Below are positions 30,171 through 39,465 of a stretch of DNA of 64,000 nucleotides, in pieces. The stretch spans positions 479 through 64,478 of the forward strand of contig CAIQIZ010000029.1 of the NCBI GenBank assembly GCA_903872035.1. The letters are read 5' to 3'. Every line of letters begins with the position of its first letter. The first letter of the stretch is position 1. The notes under the pieces were generated by a model. That model worked only from the letters and a program-made list of their open reading frames with translations, did not search any database and had not been told where the DNA came from. The translations under genes were made by a program, and so were the position numbers. Origin of the DNA: an uncultured bacterium. GTDB lineage: Bacteria; Patescibacteriota; Minisyncoccia; Phycocordibacterales; PALSA-1337.

Positions 30171-32135
30171 ATGAACATCATCACGGTCATCCCGCTCACC
30201 CGATCAAAGGTGGCGTCCGAGCTTACTTACTTTACCGGCTCCGTTGTACCAGTCGGCGCTATAGTCTCAGTGCCTCTACGCTCAAAAACCATCCATGCCA
30301 TCGTCACGAAGAGCCAGAACGCCGAGGATCTGAAGATAGATATCAAGAATGCTCCATTCGAGATACGCAAGCTCGGCAAAGTCAAAGCCACCGTCTTCTT
30401 CCCTGCTTCATTCATAGAAGCTTGCGGCATCGTGGCCGAATCATACGCTACAACTATGGGAGCCGTCATAGATGCCGTGGTGGCCGATACTCTCATGCAA
30501 AACGCCGCCAAGATATCTCCACCTCTTCCAAAGCAACCGAGCCTGAGCATGGACACTCCAATACCAACAGAGGTATTACCGACAAGGATTGCACCAAAGC
30601 CAAAGGCAGAATCAGAACGGGTCTTCGCTGTACAAGGAGACGATCAAGACCGCATAAGCTCATGGCGTAGCCTGATCCGTCAGGAATTCGCCAGAAAGAA
30701 ATCTATTGCCATGTATGTGCCAACCATCGAAGATGGACACAACCTTTTCCGAGAATTAGAAAAAGGTATCGAAGGCTACATATTCGTTTTACACAGCGGC
30801 CTTACTCCCAAAAAGGTAGTCGAGACATGGCGCACGATCGCTGAAACCGATCACCCGGTCGTAATTATAGCAACCGGCTCATTTTCCATAATGCCCCGCG
30901 GCGATATAGAGACAGTTATAATAGAACGAGAGAACAATCGCGGTTGGATCGGACAAAGGGCCCCATATCTAGATCTTCGCTACGCCCTTGAAATGATCGC
31001 TCGTCGCAGCAGACAAACCGTCTTCCTGGGCGATAGCTTCCTACGAGTTGAAACTCTGAACCGCTTGGACAACGACAGTATATATCAAGGCTCACCTTTC
31101 AAGTGGCGATCTATCTCCAACGCTCGCGATTCGCTGGTCGACATGAAATCATTCCAGGCGGTAAACAAGGCCGTGAAGAATGACTTCAAGGTCATATCAC
31201 CGAACCTGGCAGATTTGATCCGCCTCAATCGAGAAGAGAGTACGCATATGTTCATATTCGCTTTGAGACGAGGACTTTCTTCCATGACAATTTGCGACGA
31301 CTGCGAAACCGTCATCACTTGCCGGAACTGTTCAACACCGGTCATATTGCACACATCGACGACATCAGGCAAGAACTTCTTTATGTGCCACAAATGCGGC
31401 GAGAGACGCAGCGCTGAGGAGATGTGTGTAGTCTGCGGCGGTTGGAGACTGACCCCGCTCGGCATCGGCATAGACCGAGTCGCCGAAGAGCTCAAGGCGC
31501 GTTTCCCGGAAACAGATGTCTTCCAAATAGACGCCGATGTGACCAAGACGCCGAAGCAGATCGAGGACGCATTGCTAAGATTCAAGAATAAACCAGGGAG
31601 CATCCTTCTTGGCACAGAAACTGCCCTGCTTCACCTCGCCGAAAAAGTCGAGCATGTCGCTGTGACTTCCATGGACAGCTTGTTCGCTTTGCCAGATTTT
31701 CGCATCCAAGAAAAGATCATGTACATGCTCATCCGACTGCGCGCACAAGCCATGCGTTCGATCGTGGTCCAAACCCGCAAACCAGAGGAAAAAGTCTTTG
31801 AATACGGACTCAAAGGAAATCTAAGCGATTTCTATCGTCTTACACTTGAAGAGCGTAAAAGATTTAAATATCCTCCATTCTCCGTTCTCATTAAGTTAAC
31901 GATCGAGGGTAAGAAGGACGCTATAGCCGAAGCTATGGTCAAGACCCAAGAAGCCTTACTGCCATACGAGATAGATGTCTTCCCCGCCTTCACGGCCACC
32001 GTCAAAGGAAATTCTATCATCCACGGCCTGCTCAATGTGGAGACTCATTCCTGGCCTGATCCAGTCCTTATCGGAAAGCTACGCTCCTTGCCGCCGAACG
32101 TCATGGTCAAAGTCAATCCCGAGACGTTGTTGTGA
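30171..32135 (+). CDS. priA: Primosomal protein N' with degenerate helicase motifs
   Basis: N-terminal VSVPL domain, four CxxC pairs, PDFR, ERKRFKYPPF. Confidence 0.9.
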   Translation: MNIITVIPLTRSKVASELTYFTGSVVPVGAIVSVPLRSKTIHAIVTKSQNAEDLKIDIKNAPFEIRKLGKVKATVFFPASFIEACGIVAESYATTMGAVIDAVVADTLMQNAAKISPPLPKQPSLSMDTPIPTEVLPTRIAPKPKAESERVFAVQGDDQDRISSWRSLIRQEFARKKSIAMYVPTIEDGHNLFRELEKGIEGYIFVLHSGLTPKKVVETWRTIAETDHPVVIIATGSFSIMPRGDIETVIIERENNRGWIGQRAPYLDLRYALEMIARRSRQTVFLGDSFLRVETLNRLDNDSIYQGSPFKWRSISNARDSLVDMKSFQAVNKAVKNDFKVISPNLADLIRLNREESTHMFIFALRRGLSSMTICDDCETVITCRNCSTPVILHTSTTSGKNFFMCHKCGERRSAEEMCVVCGGWRLTPLGIGIDRVAEELKARFPETDVFQIDADVTKTPKQIEDALLRFKNKPGSILLGTETALLHLAEKVEHVAVTSMDSLFALPDFRIQEKIMYMLIRLRAQAMRSIVVQTRKPEEKVFEYGLKGNLSDFYRLTLEERKRFKYPPFSVLIKLTIEGKKDAIAEAMVKTQEALLPYEIDVFPAFTATVKGNSIIHGLLNVETHSWPDPVLIGKLRSLPPNVMVKVNPETLL

Positions 32136-32220
32136 TCGAATATTGATTAATTCACTGGACTATAAAAAATCGCACATGCAGAGCTATTTAGAGATGCATG
32201 TGCGGAAATGAAATTGTGTT

Positions 32221-32880
32221 TTAGTCTGGCAAACGGACTAGGACGTAGCCCTCGTAATCTGCTCTGTCACCTTTGGCCGGAATACCTGAATTGAATGGCC
32301 GGAAATGCACGGGGCAAATGTAGGGGCTTACATCCAGACACCACGCGCACGGTAACGTATCCGCCGGCTCCAGCGTATCCAAAGCGAACATCATGAAGCT
32401 CTGTTTTGGGTATCTTGTCCCATGGAATACACAAGCAAACGCCATCAGTTCCCATAGATCTGTCATCAGATATCCGCATTCCGAGAGCAATACCACAGCT
32501 TCATCATATTCTACCCGTCTTAGAAAACGAGCCAGCTTATACTTTGCTTTGGTGGGTCCGCCGTTCAGCCTGAAGTGTGTGCGCTCAACATCATCTACTC
32601 TGGATTGATCGACACTGATACCGGCCCGTTTGATGGCTTCCAGAGGTCCTAGGCTCCTATCAACCGTCACGTTATAGCTCCTGTCGCTCATCACGAACGG
32701 TAGCGTCTCGAAGTCGTGTTCGGAAACATGTAACACCGGTTTTCCCTGGATGATGAGCTGGAGACTGTCGGCGACTTTAGTTGGCACCAAAGTGCCTTCA
32801 AGCACTCGCCGCATAAGTTCGTGCTGTTTGATTGCTATACGTCCAACGACGTCGTCAGCGACAATAATATTCTTCGTCAT
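32221..32880 (-). CDS. Hypothetical protein inserted between priA and def
   Basis: TTGACA-17-TAGATT promoter (32984-32956), ATG at 32880. Confidence 0.75.
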   Translation of the reverse strand: MTKNIIVADDVVGRIAIKQHELMRRVLEGTLVPTKVADSLQLIIQGKPVLHVSEHDFETLPFVMSDRSYNVTVDRSLGPLEAIKRAGISVDQSRVDDVERTHFRLNGGPTKAKYKLARFLRRVEYDEAVVLLSECGYLMTDLWELMAFACVFHGTRYPKQSFMMFALDTLEPADTLPCAWCLDVSPYICPVHFRPFNSGIPAKGDRADYEGYVLVRLPD

Positions 32881-33036
32881 ACGACAACTTCTTTCTTTGT
32901 TTATCTGCGTTATCTGTTCTATTTTTAAGGAGCACAATACCCCTCACCAAAACACAATCTAATATGCAAATAAGCATTTGTCAAAGCGTTCAAAAGATGA
33001 GTTTACCAACTACTCTTTTCCTGTTATATTTGCTCC

Positions 33037-33567
33037 ATGAAAGACATCGTCCAAAGAGAAGCCCCCGTGCTTCGCGAGATCGCCAAAGCCGTACCGATAA
33101 TCGAGATAACCTCTGATAAGACCAGGAAGATCATCAGCGAGATGAAAGACGCCATGGCCTTACAGAAGGACGGTGTAGCCATAGCCGCACCACAGATCGG
33201 GGTCAATCAGCGCATTTTCGTCATTTCTGGAACTCTTCTCAAACAAGCCGACAAGAAATACAAAGGCGATGACTCTGACTTGATATTCATAAATCCAGAG
33301 ATCGTCAAAGCTTCCAAAGAAAAGAAAGCGGTCGAGGAGGGCTGTCTATCAGTTCGCTGGTTGTATGGAAAAGTTAATCGTTCCGTACGCGTTACTCTCA
33401 GAGCTTTTAACGAAAAAGGTGAAAAGATCGAACGTGGCGCCAGTGGCCTTCTAGCACAAATATTCCAGCATGAAGTCGACCACCTGAATGGCGTACTGTT
33501 CATAGACAAAGCCAAAGAGGTTTGGGAAATGAGCGATGAAGAGATAGAGGAGCTACAAAGAAAGTAG
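33037..33567 (+). CDS. def: Peptide deformylase
   Basis: GVAIAAPQIG, EGCLS, QHEVDHLNG. Confidence 0.97.
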   Translation: MKDIVQREAPVLREIAKAVPIIEITSDKTRKIISEMKDAMALQKDGVAIAAPQIGVNQRIFVISGTLLKQADKKYKGDDSDLIFINPEIVKASKEKKAVEEGCLSVRWLYGKVNRSVRVTLRAFNEKGEKIERGASGLLAQIFQHEVDHLNGVLFIDKAKEVWEMSDEEIEELQRK

Positions 33568-33683
33568 ATTCCAGGCTCCAGATCACAGATTCCAGTTAGT
33601 TTTCAGATTTCAGGATTCAGGCACTAATTTGTAATCTGTATTCTGAAATCTATTTGGAATCTGGTGCCTGTGGTTTGGAATCT
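33566..33683. repeat. Palindrome built from degenerate 7-bp units (AGATTCC / GGAATCT)
   Basis: Left arm AGATTCC AGGCTCC AGATCAC AGATTCC..; right arm ..GGAATCT GGTGCCT GTGGTTT GGAATCT. Confidence 0.75.
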
Positions 33684-33699
33684 GTATTATTTCATAAGC

Positions 33700-34581
33700 A
33701 TGAATCATGAATCCAGCATAAAGTTCGCTTTCTTCGGATCATCCAGGATGTCTGTTGTCGTTCTTGAGGAATTGAAAACGGCCGGATTGACGCCGATCTT
33801 CGTCGTAACCACACCCGACAAGCCTCAGGGCCGCAAATTGGTTCTTACGCCAAACGTGGTCAAAACATGGGCAATTTCAAATCGCGTCCACGTCTTTGAT
33901 TTTGGTAAGTTCGACAAGGTCGCCATCGATTCACTGTCGAAAGAAACTACGGGTGGATCAGTGAGCGTATTCATCGTCGCTTCTTATGGTAAGATCCTTC
34001 CTTCTTCGGTGATAAATATACCTCCTCGGAAAACTTTGAATATCCATCCTTCCTTGCTCCCAAAATATCGCGGACCATCGCCATTACAACAAGCGATTCT
34101 AGATGACACAAAACGAACTGGCGTAACTATTATGAGAATAGATGAGCAAATGGATCATGGACCTATCGTTGCCCAAAAAGAGATCATAATGAATGAATGG
34201 CCAGTCTATGAGGACTTCGAGGAGATGATGGCCAAAGAAGGCGCGCATCTATTGGCAAGCATATTACCTGAATGGATTGCCGGCAAATTACCAGAAATGG
34301 AACAGGATCATTCCAAGGCCACAACGACCCGGAAATTCATCAAAGAGGATGGACTAATCGACTTCACTGGAGATCAATATAAGAATTTCCGTAAGATACA
34401 AGCCTTCCATGAATGGCCGCAGTCCTATTTCTTCATCGATCATGCTAGCCGGAAGATTCGCATCAAAATCACCTCTGCTTCGTTCACAAATGGTAAATTG
34501 GAGATTATCAAAGTCATACCAGAAGGCTCATCTGAAATATCCTTCTCAGATTTCCAAAAAGGCTACAAATTTTCTTTGTAA
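33700..34581 (+). CDS. fmt: Methionyl-tRNA formyltransferase
   Basis: TTPDKPQGR, NIHPSLLPKYRG, MDHGPI; ATG at 33700. Confidence 0.96.
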   Translation: MNHESSIKFAFFGSSRMSVVVLEELKTAGLTPIFVVTTPDKPQGRKLVLTPNVVKTWAISNRVHVFDFGKFDKVAIDSLSKETTGGSVSVFIVASYGKILPSSVINIPPRKTLNIHPSLLPKYRGPSPLQQAILDDTKRTGVTIMRIDEQMDHGPIVAQKEIIMNEWPVYEDFEEMMAKEGAHLLASILPEWIAGKLPEMEQDHSKATTTRKFIKEDGLIDFTGDQYKNFRKIQAFHEWPQSYFFIDHASRKIRIKITSASFTNGKLEIIKVIPEGSSEISFSDFQKGYKFSL

Positions 34582-34589
34582 GCTAGCTG

Positions 34590-34838
34590 CTATTGTAGTT
34601 CCCTGACACGCGAGTCCTTAGTCGTTATGGGCACTTTTCTTGCTGGCTGAGATCTGATCTCGCTATTTTGGATAAAATAATTAGTATCGGAGGCATAGCT
34701 CTCGCCAATGAGCTGAGTCTTTTGAGTAAAATAGTAAAGAAGAGTCCAAAAACAAAAGACTCCGAGAAAAGCGATACAAAGCCACTGATTGACCGGCTGC
34801 CTCATCTCGGCCAAACTAAAAAATTTTGGTTTATTCAT
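34590..34838 (-). CDS. Small single-TM hypothetical protein
   Basis: 82-aa ORF with one hydrophobic helix. Confidence 0.65.
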   Translation of the reverse strand: MNKPKFFSLAEMRQPVNQWLCIAFLGVFCFWTLLYYFTQKTQLIGESYASDTNYFIQNSEIRSQPARKVPITTKDSRVRELQ

Positions 34839-34894
34839 GTCCTAATTATCGCATATATACAGATACCTTCAAACCGAGTTATCCCCCGCGAGCA

Positions 34895-35281
34895 TTAAAC
34901 CTTCAACTTTCTAGTCCTCCAAGGCCAAAGCCCTTTGACCATATCCTTGACCCTGGCACCACTCCGCCGGACCAAAGAGATCCTCTTGGCCTTACCGGCG
35001 CTTATCTCATGCAAGATATCATCACGGACAATATCTATGGCCGCATACAGATCCGGCTGTTCTGAGCTGGCATAATAGTTCTTTCCAGCTCCGACGATAT
35101 GTACCTCGGCCTTGAAAATATTCCCTTTTTGATGATGCGCACTCACCTTTCCCAGCTCCACATCACACTGGGCACTCTTGTCTCCGTCGAGTAGTCTCAC
35201 GACTTTTTCCAGACGCTTGTTCGTATAATCAGATATAGCCGGAGTCAAAGAGATCGTCGTTGCCTTGATATTTATGTTCAT
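34895..35281 (-). CDS. hpf: Ribosome hibernation promoting factor / RaiA
   Basis: MNINIK..LTPAI..DLYAAID pattern. Confidence 0.9.
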   Translation of the reverse strand: MNINIKATTISLTPAISDYTNKRLEKVVRLLDGDKSAQCDVELGKVSAHHQKGNIFKAEVHIVGAGKNYYASSEQPDLYAAIDIVRDDILHEISAGKAKRISLVRRSGARVKDMVKGLWPWRTRKLKV

Positions 35282-35322
35282 GCTTTTATCTCTTAATTAA
35301 TAGTTGAATAATCTATCGGCGA

Positions 35323-35907
35323 CTATTTGCGCTCATACATACCCATCAGTTTGGTTTCGGCCAGAACATGTCCTTTCATAGCCTCGATGACTGCTTCCTT
35401 GGTCGAACCCTCTGCTAATGATAACTTGATATCGAGCGCATACAAAGTGAAAATATAACGATGCGATCCAGACGGCGGACAAGGACTCAAATATTCGACA
35501 GTTCCCGCCGAGTTCTTGCCTTCCGTACCAAATGTCGGCGAAGTTTTGGGCATACCTTCCTCAACTGTGGTCGTCTTGGGATCTATGTTAAAAACCACCC
35601 AATGAGTGAATGTACCCATCGACGTATCAGGATCCTCAAGGAATAGTGTCAACGACTTCGCACCCTTAGGAACACCACTCACTAAAAGCGCCGGGCTGAT
35701 TTCCGATCCGTCGCAAGTAAATTTTTTAGGAATAGTATCCCCCTCCCTAAAAGCACTGCTCTCAAGCTTCAATATTGATGACGAACTTGTTGGCATAATT
35801 GTGGGAGTTATCGTCTGACTCTCTATTAATGTTAAGGATACGATGACCACAATGATCGCGGTGCAGACTGCCACAATAATACCCACCTTTTTCGTAAATA
35901 GAGCCAT
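35323..35907 (-). CDS. YbhB/YbcL (PEBP) family protein with N-terminal TM
   Basis: FTCDG, DPD, FTHWVVFNI, PCPP.G.HRY.F.LYALD. Confidence 0.92.
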   Translation of the reverse strand: MALFTKKVGIIVAVCTAIIVVIVSLTLIESQTITPTIMPTSSSSILKLESSAFREGDTIPKKFTCDGSEISPALLVSGVPKGAKSLTLFLEDPDTSMGTFTHWVVFNIDPKTTTVEEGMPKTSPTFGTEGKNSAGTVEYLSPCPPSGSHRYIFTLYALDIKLSLAEGSTKEAVIEAMKGHVLAETKLMGMYERK

Positions 35908-35914
35908 ATATAAA

Positions 35915-36145
35915 TCATAACATATGGTCTTTGTCCGCGACCTCAATGACTTTGGCCGGCATATGATGACCTTTAATTATTGTAACTCGCCGTTTAGGGA
36001 AAATGTTACGAAATATCTCAAGTAGGCGGCTGTTAGCGCGATTTTCTTCGGCCGGTTCCTTGACAGAAATGAGATATCTCGCCTCCGAGATCTTCTCGAT
36101 TTTCTCCTTTCTAGCGCCAGCAGTGACTTTGATGCCGATTAACAT
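35915..36145 (-). CDS. DUF167 (UPF0235) protein
   Basis: KVTAGA..VKEPAEENRAN..IIKG pattern. Confidence 0.88.
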   Translation of the reverse strand: MLIGIKVTAGARKEKIEKISEARYLISVKEPAEENRANSRLLEIFRNIFPKRRVTIIKGHHMPAKVIEVADKDHML

Positions 36146-36238
36146 TTTGATTTAGTATAGCCGATATGGTACATTTTCACATGTTCGTACGTTGAAAGCC
36201 AAATTCCGGTGTAGCTCAATGGTAGAGCAAGCGACTGT

Positions 36239-36792
36239 AGACGCATGATTTTTGATATACTTTTAAGTATGTCAGATATCAGGAAATATGCCGACCGAAG
36301 AGAAGCAATGATCAAAGCTGTTTCGAAACGTAGAAAGAAGATCAAAGCTCTCGCAATAGAATACAAAGGTGGGAAATACCAATTATGTGGTTATTCCCGC
36401 TATCAAGGCGCATTAGAATTGCATCATCGTGACCCAAAAGAAAAATCCTTTGGAATAGGAGAGAAAGGATATACTCGGTCATGGGATAGCGTTCGATGTG
36501 AATTGGATAAATGCATTCTCCTTTGTGCGAATTGTCACAGAGAAGTTGCGGCAGGCATACAGCAGCCTCCGAGAGAAATCTCGGTTGTAAACGAGGTGAA
36601 CTCGGGGAAACCCAACTAGAGCATTTCTAGGGGCAATCCCGAGCCAAGTCCGCGATCCGCGGAAAGGTGTAGAGACTATCCCTTTATGGGAGTACTCCGA
36701 CGTACGTCGGAGGAAGCGCCTCGTCCCTAAATCTGTCTTCGACAGACATGGGAATGATATAGTCCGCGCCACTAGTAACAGTGGATTACGCG
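36239..36792 (+). mobile_element. Group I intron (554 nt) at tRNA position 35/36 with HNH ORF
   Basis: Exon ends in U, intron ends in G; P3 ACGAGG/CCTCGT, P4 CTCGGG/CCCGAG, AGAGACTA and P7 GACTAT/ATAGTC, two extra hairpins between P7 and P3', P8, P9. Confidence 0.93.
36269..36619 (+). CDS. Intron-encoded HNH homing endonuclease
   Basis: LELHHRDP..K..CILLCANCHRE; alternative start 36245; 3' end overlaps the ribozyme core. Confidence 0.88.
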   Translation: MSDIRKYADRREAMIKAVSKRRKKIKALAIEYKGGKYQLCGYSRYQGALELHHRDPKEKSFGIGEKGYTRSWDSVRCELDKCILLCANCHREVAAGIQQPPREISVVNEVNSGKPN

Positions 36793-36909
36793 TAATCGCT
36801 TGGTTGTAGGTTCGAGTCCTACCACCGGAGCAATTTTTTCCAGCATTATCTCCCGATGTTCTTTTTTGATACCCCAGACAGGGTTCAGAACTTTTGGTAT
36901 ACTTTGTAA

Positions 36910-37449
36910 ATGAAAACGCCAGCTACATACTTTATTACTGGCGTATCTGGAGTAGGAAAATCTACGACGATGATGAGTTTAAAGGAACTTCTTCCTTCTA
37001 ACGAATTCGATATTAGAGATTTTGATGAGCGAGGTGTACCTGATGGAGGTGGGGACGTATGGCACTCAAGAGAAACCAAATATTGGCTTGATATGGCTAT
37101 TATAAATACTCAAAGCGGTAGATCAACCATTATTTGCGGTTTCAATGAGCCCATAAGAATAAAGGCGGTTCAAACAGAAGAACACCCTTCTGTTACTCTT
37201 ATTCTTTTAAATGCTTCTCCCGAGACTATTCAAAAAAGACTTCACGGGAGATATCCTACCAAGGAAAGTGAACGAGAGATTGAAAGAGCTTCTGGTACTT
37301 CCCTGGAAAAGTTTATAGAGAACTGCACAACTTATCTTCCTGTTATGTACAAAAAGTTCAAGGAAGAAGGGTGTCCCATTATTGAAACTGACAACAAGAC
37401 TCCTGATGAAATTGCCGGAGAAATTATTAATTACGTAAACACAAATTGA
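36910..37449 (+). CDS. P-loop nucleotide kinase-like protein
   Basis: ITGVSGVGKST Walker A, DFD motif, lid arginines. Confidence 0.85.
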   Translation: MKTPATYFITGVSGVGKSTTMMSLKELLPSNEFDIRDFDERGVPDGGGDVWHSRETKYWLDMAIINTQSGRSTIICGFNEPIRIKAVQTEEHPSVTLILLNASPETIQKRLHGRYPTKESEREIERASGTSLEKFIENCTTYLPVMYKKFKEEGCPIIETDNKTPDEIAGEIINYVNTN

Positions 37450-37602
37450 GATTTAGAATAATCTGATAATTCGCTTCTATTTTCAATTCAATTCACGTTT
37501 TTGAACTCGTTCAATATATCTATATGTAGAATTTATAATTGAAGCTACTATAAATAGTAGTATAATTATGATATAGAAAATAGCTTAATTAGAAAAACAT
37601 AT

Positions 37603-38355
37603 ATGGAAAATGATAATCGAAACGCTTCTCCGATATACAGCGGCATCGGCGAGATTAATGAACCGAGTCCTTGGTATACAAAGAAAATATTTGTGTATAC
37701 CATTATTTTGTTTTTTATAGTGGCTAGTATGATATCCGCTTACTTTATTCTAAATCGGCCAAAAGATTTCGCACCGCTCATGAATAATGAACTAAACTCT
37801 ACGGGACAGTTCGAAGCAGTTATGAAAATTGATGTAGCCACCAGTACACCGACATCTACAACTAATTCCATAAAGCAACAAACAACCGCCCCGACTCCAT
37901 TAGTATCTGCGCGGATTCCTGCTGTTTCAAAAACACAAGCAAAATCAACAAAAACCACCAGCGTTTCAAATACTCCTGCTACAGCCCCAATTACCAAGCC
38001 GGTTACTACCCCTGTTACCCTTCCTGTAACAAAATTGGTTTATAATAACGATCAATACGGTTTCGGTCTTAGTTTCCCGTCAACCTGGAATGGATATAAG
38101 GTTACCAATGAGACCGTACCCGGCACGGCGGGAGTTCTCGATTTTGGTTTTGCTCAACAAAAATCAATTTTCACCATCGCAATCTATACTCGACAAATGT
38201 GGGACAAATCGAAACACAATGACATGACTTATTATTTGGGAGAAAATGCTCGTTATGCTTTCATCTATAATCCAGCTCTAGGAGGCGCTGATCAATCTAT
38301 GAGCTCTCGATTGGCAGAAATGAAAAGTATTTTAGCGACTTTTGCGTTCAAATAG
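37603..38355 (+). CDS. Membrane-anchored protein with Thr/Pro-rich linker
   Basis: TM helix, low-complexity stalk, YNNDQYGFGLSFP..W domain. Confidence 0.8.
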   Translation: MENDNRNASPIYSGIGEINEPSPWYTKKIFVYTIILFFIVASMISAYFILNRPKDFAPLMNNELNSTGQFEAVMKIDVATSTPTSTTNSIKQQTTAPTPLVSARIPAVSKTQAKSTKTTSVSNTPATAPITKPVTTPVTLPVTKLVYNNDQYGFGLSFPSTWNGYKVTNETVPGTAGVLDFGFAQQKSIFTIAIYTRQMWDKSKHNDMTYYLGENARYAFIYNPALGGADQSMSSRLAEMKSILATFAFK

Positions 38356-38483
38356 CGGGGGCTGTTTTTAGTTCTTGTACCATGACGATTCGTCGGAGGT
38401 CTTTTTATATAGACATTCCCTCTTTTAAGATATAGACTCGAAATAGGATTTCCTGAATAAACAGGAAAACAAATAGGAGTTCT

Positions 38484-39254
38484 ATGAAATATACTATGTC
38501 AGTCGCAGTGCTCATCTTCGCTATTTTGCCTCCATGCGTCGCAGAAAATATCAACCCGACCAATTACACACGGTCAGTTGTCAGCATCTTTGCGTATTTC
38601 GATGCCGAACATGCCAAACAAAACCCAAAGTACGATGGGAATCTCGGGACTGCCTGGTTTTTGAATAGCGACCGGATCATTGTAACCGCAACACATGTGA
38701 TCGACGGTACCACGATTACGAGCACCAACTGGACTGAAGTTATTTTCCGTCAAGAGAGTGTGAGCGGTGAACCTGTTCGTAAAGAAGCAAATGAAGCTCG
38801 TCTAGTTGCGAGACTGGGACCACCTATGGAGTCGGCATCTATTCTTGAACTCAAGAGATCGTTCACCAATGCCATACCGCTCTCAGTTAATTCAACACCC
38901 CTTACAAAAGGCGACTCCGTTGTGTCTGTCGCTTACCCTAACAAGCGTCTACGATTTGCTACCGGCCAATTTCTTGGAACGGTTCCCACTAACGCCAAGG
39001 AGGAAAAGCTCGCAGGATTGGCATTGTTCGAATTAGCCGATGGCAATCAACGCGACGCACTGGACCATGGTTCTTCTGGCGGTCCAATATTGGATAAATA
39101 CGGGCAAGTTGTTGGCGTCATAAGTGCACTACTATACATCGGAGAGATATCGTTTGGAGATAAAACTGTCAAATATACCGCTTCATGGGGCAATCCGAAC
39201 ATGTCGGCGATCCCTACTGATCTATCGAACAATTTCTTCGCTCCGAAAAAATGA
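38484..39254 (+). CDS. Secreted trypsin-like serine protease
   Basis: Signal peptide, VTATHV, GSSGGP..GQVVGV. Confidence 0.85.
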   Translation: MKYTMSVAVLIFAILPPCVAENINPTNYTRSVVSIFAYFDAEHAKQNPKYDGNLGTAWFLNSDRIIVTATHVIDGTTITSTNWTEVIFRQESVSGEPVRKEANEARLVARLGPPMESASILELKRSFTNAIPLSVNSTPLTKGDSVVSVAYPNKRLRFATGQFLGTVPTNAKEEKLAGLALFELADGNQRDALDHGSSGGPILDKYGQVVGVISALLYIGEISFGDKTVKYTASWGNPNMSAIPTDLSNNFFAPKK

Positions 39255-39465
39255 TTCGATCTGGACGCTTTCTCAGCTGATCATGTGCACTCAATGGTTT
39301 TCATGCCCCGCTACCGTTCTCAATCGGCTAGCGGGCTTTTTATTTCTGGTTCTAAAGTCTTTCTGAACCTACAAGCCGTTGACATATCTACTACAAAATT
39401 GTAACGTGAAATAAAAGTTCTTTGTCATTGTGGCATTGAACGAAACTACAACCAGAGGATAATAA

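Larger units (their letters stand above)
36205..36830 (+). tRNA. tRNA-Asn(GTT), split by an intron (exons 36205-36238 and 36793-36830)
   Basis: Joined exons give acceptor TCCGGTG/CACCGGA-G, anticodon arm AGCGA-CTGTTAA-TCGCT, T arm GTAGG-TTCGAGT-CCTAC. Confidence 0.93.

Noticed and set aside
36205-36245. tRNA-Thr(TGT), tRNA-Tyr(GTA) or pseudogene reading of the 5' exon
   Set aside because: The anticodon stem is completed only by the exon at 36793, which gives GTT with an Asn-type TCC start and G73.
36139-36772. Minus-strand ORFs 36139-36366 and 36479-36772
   Set aside because: They are antisense to the tRNA, the HNH ORF and the ribozyme core.
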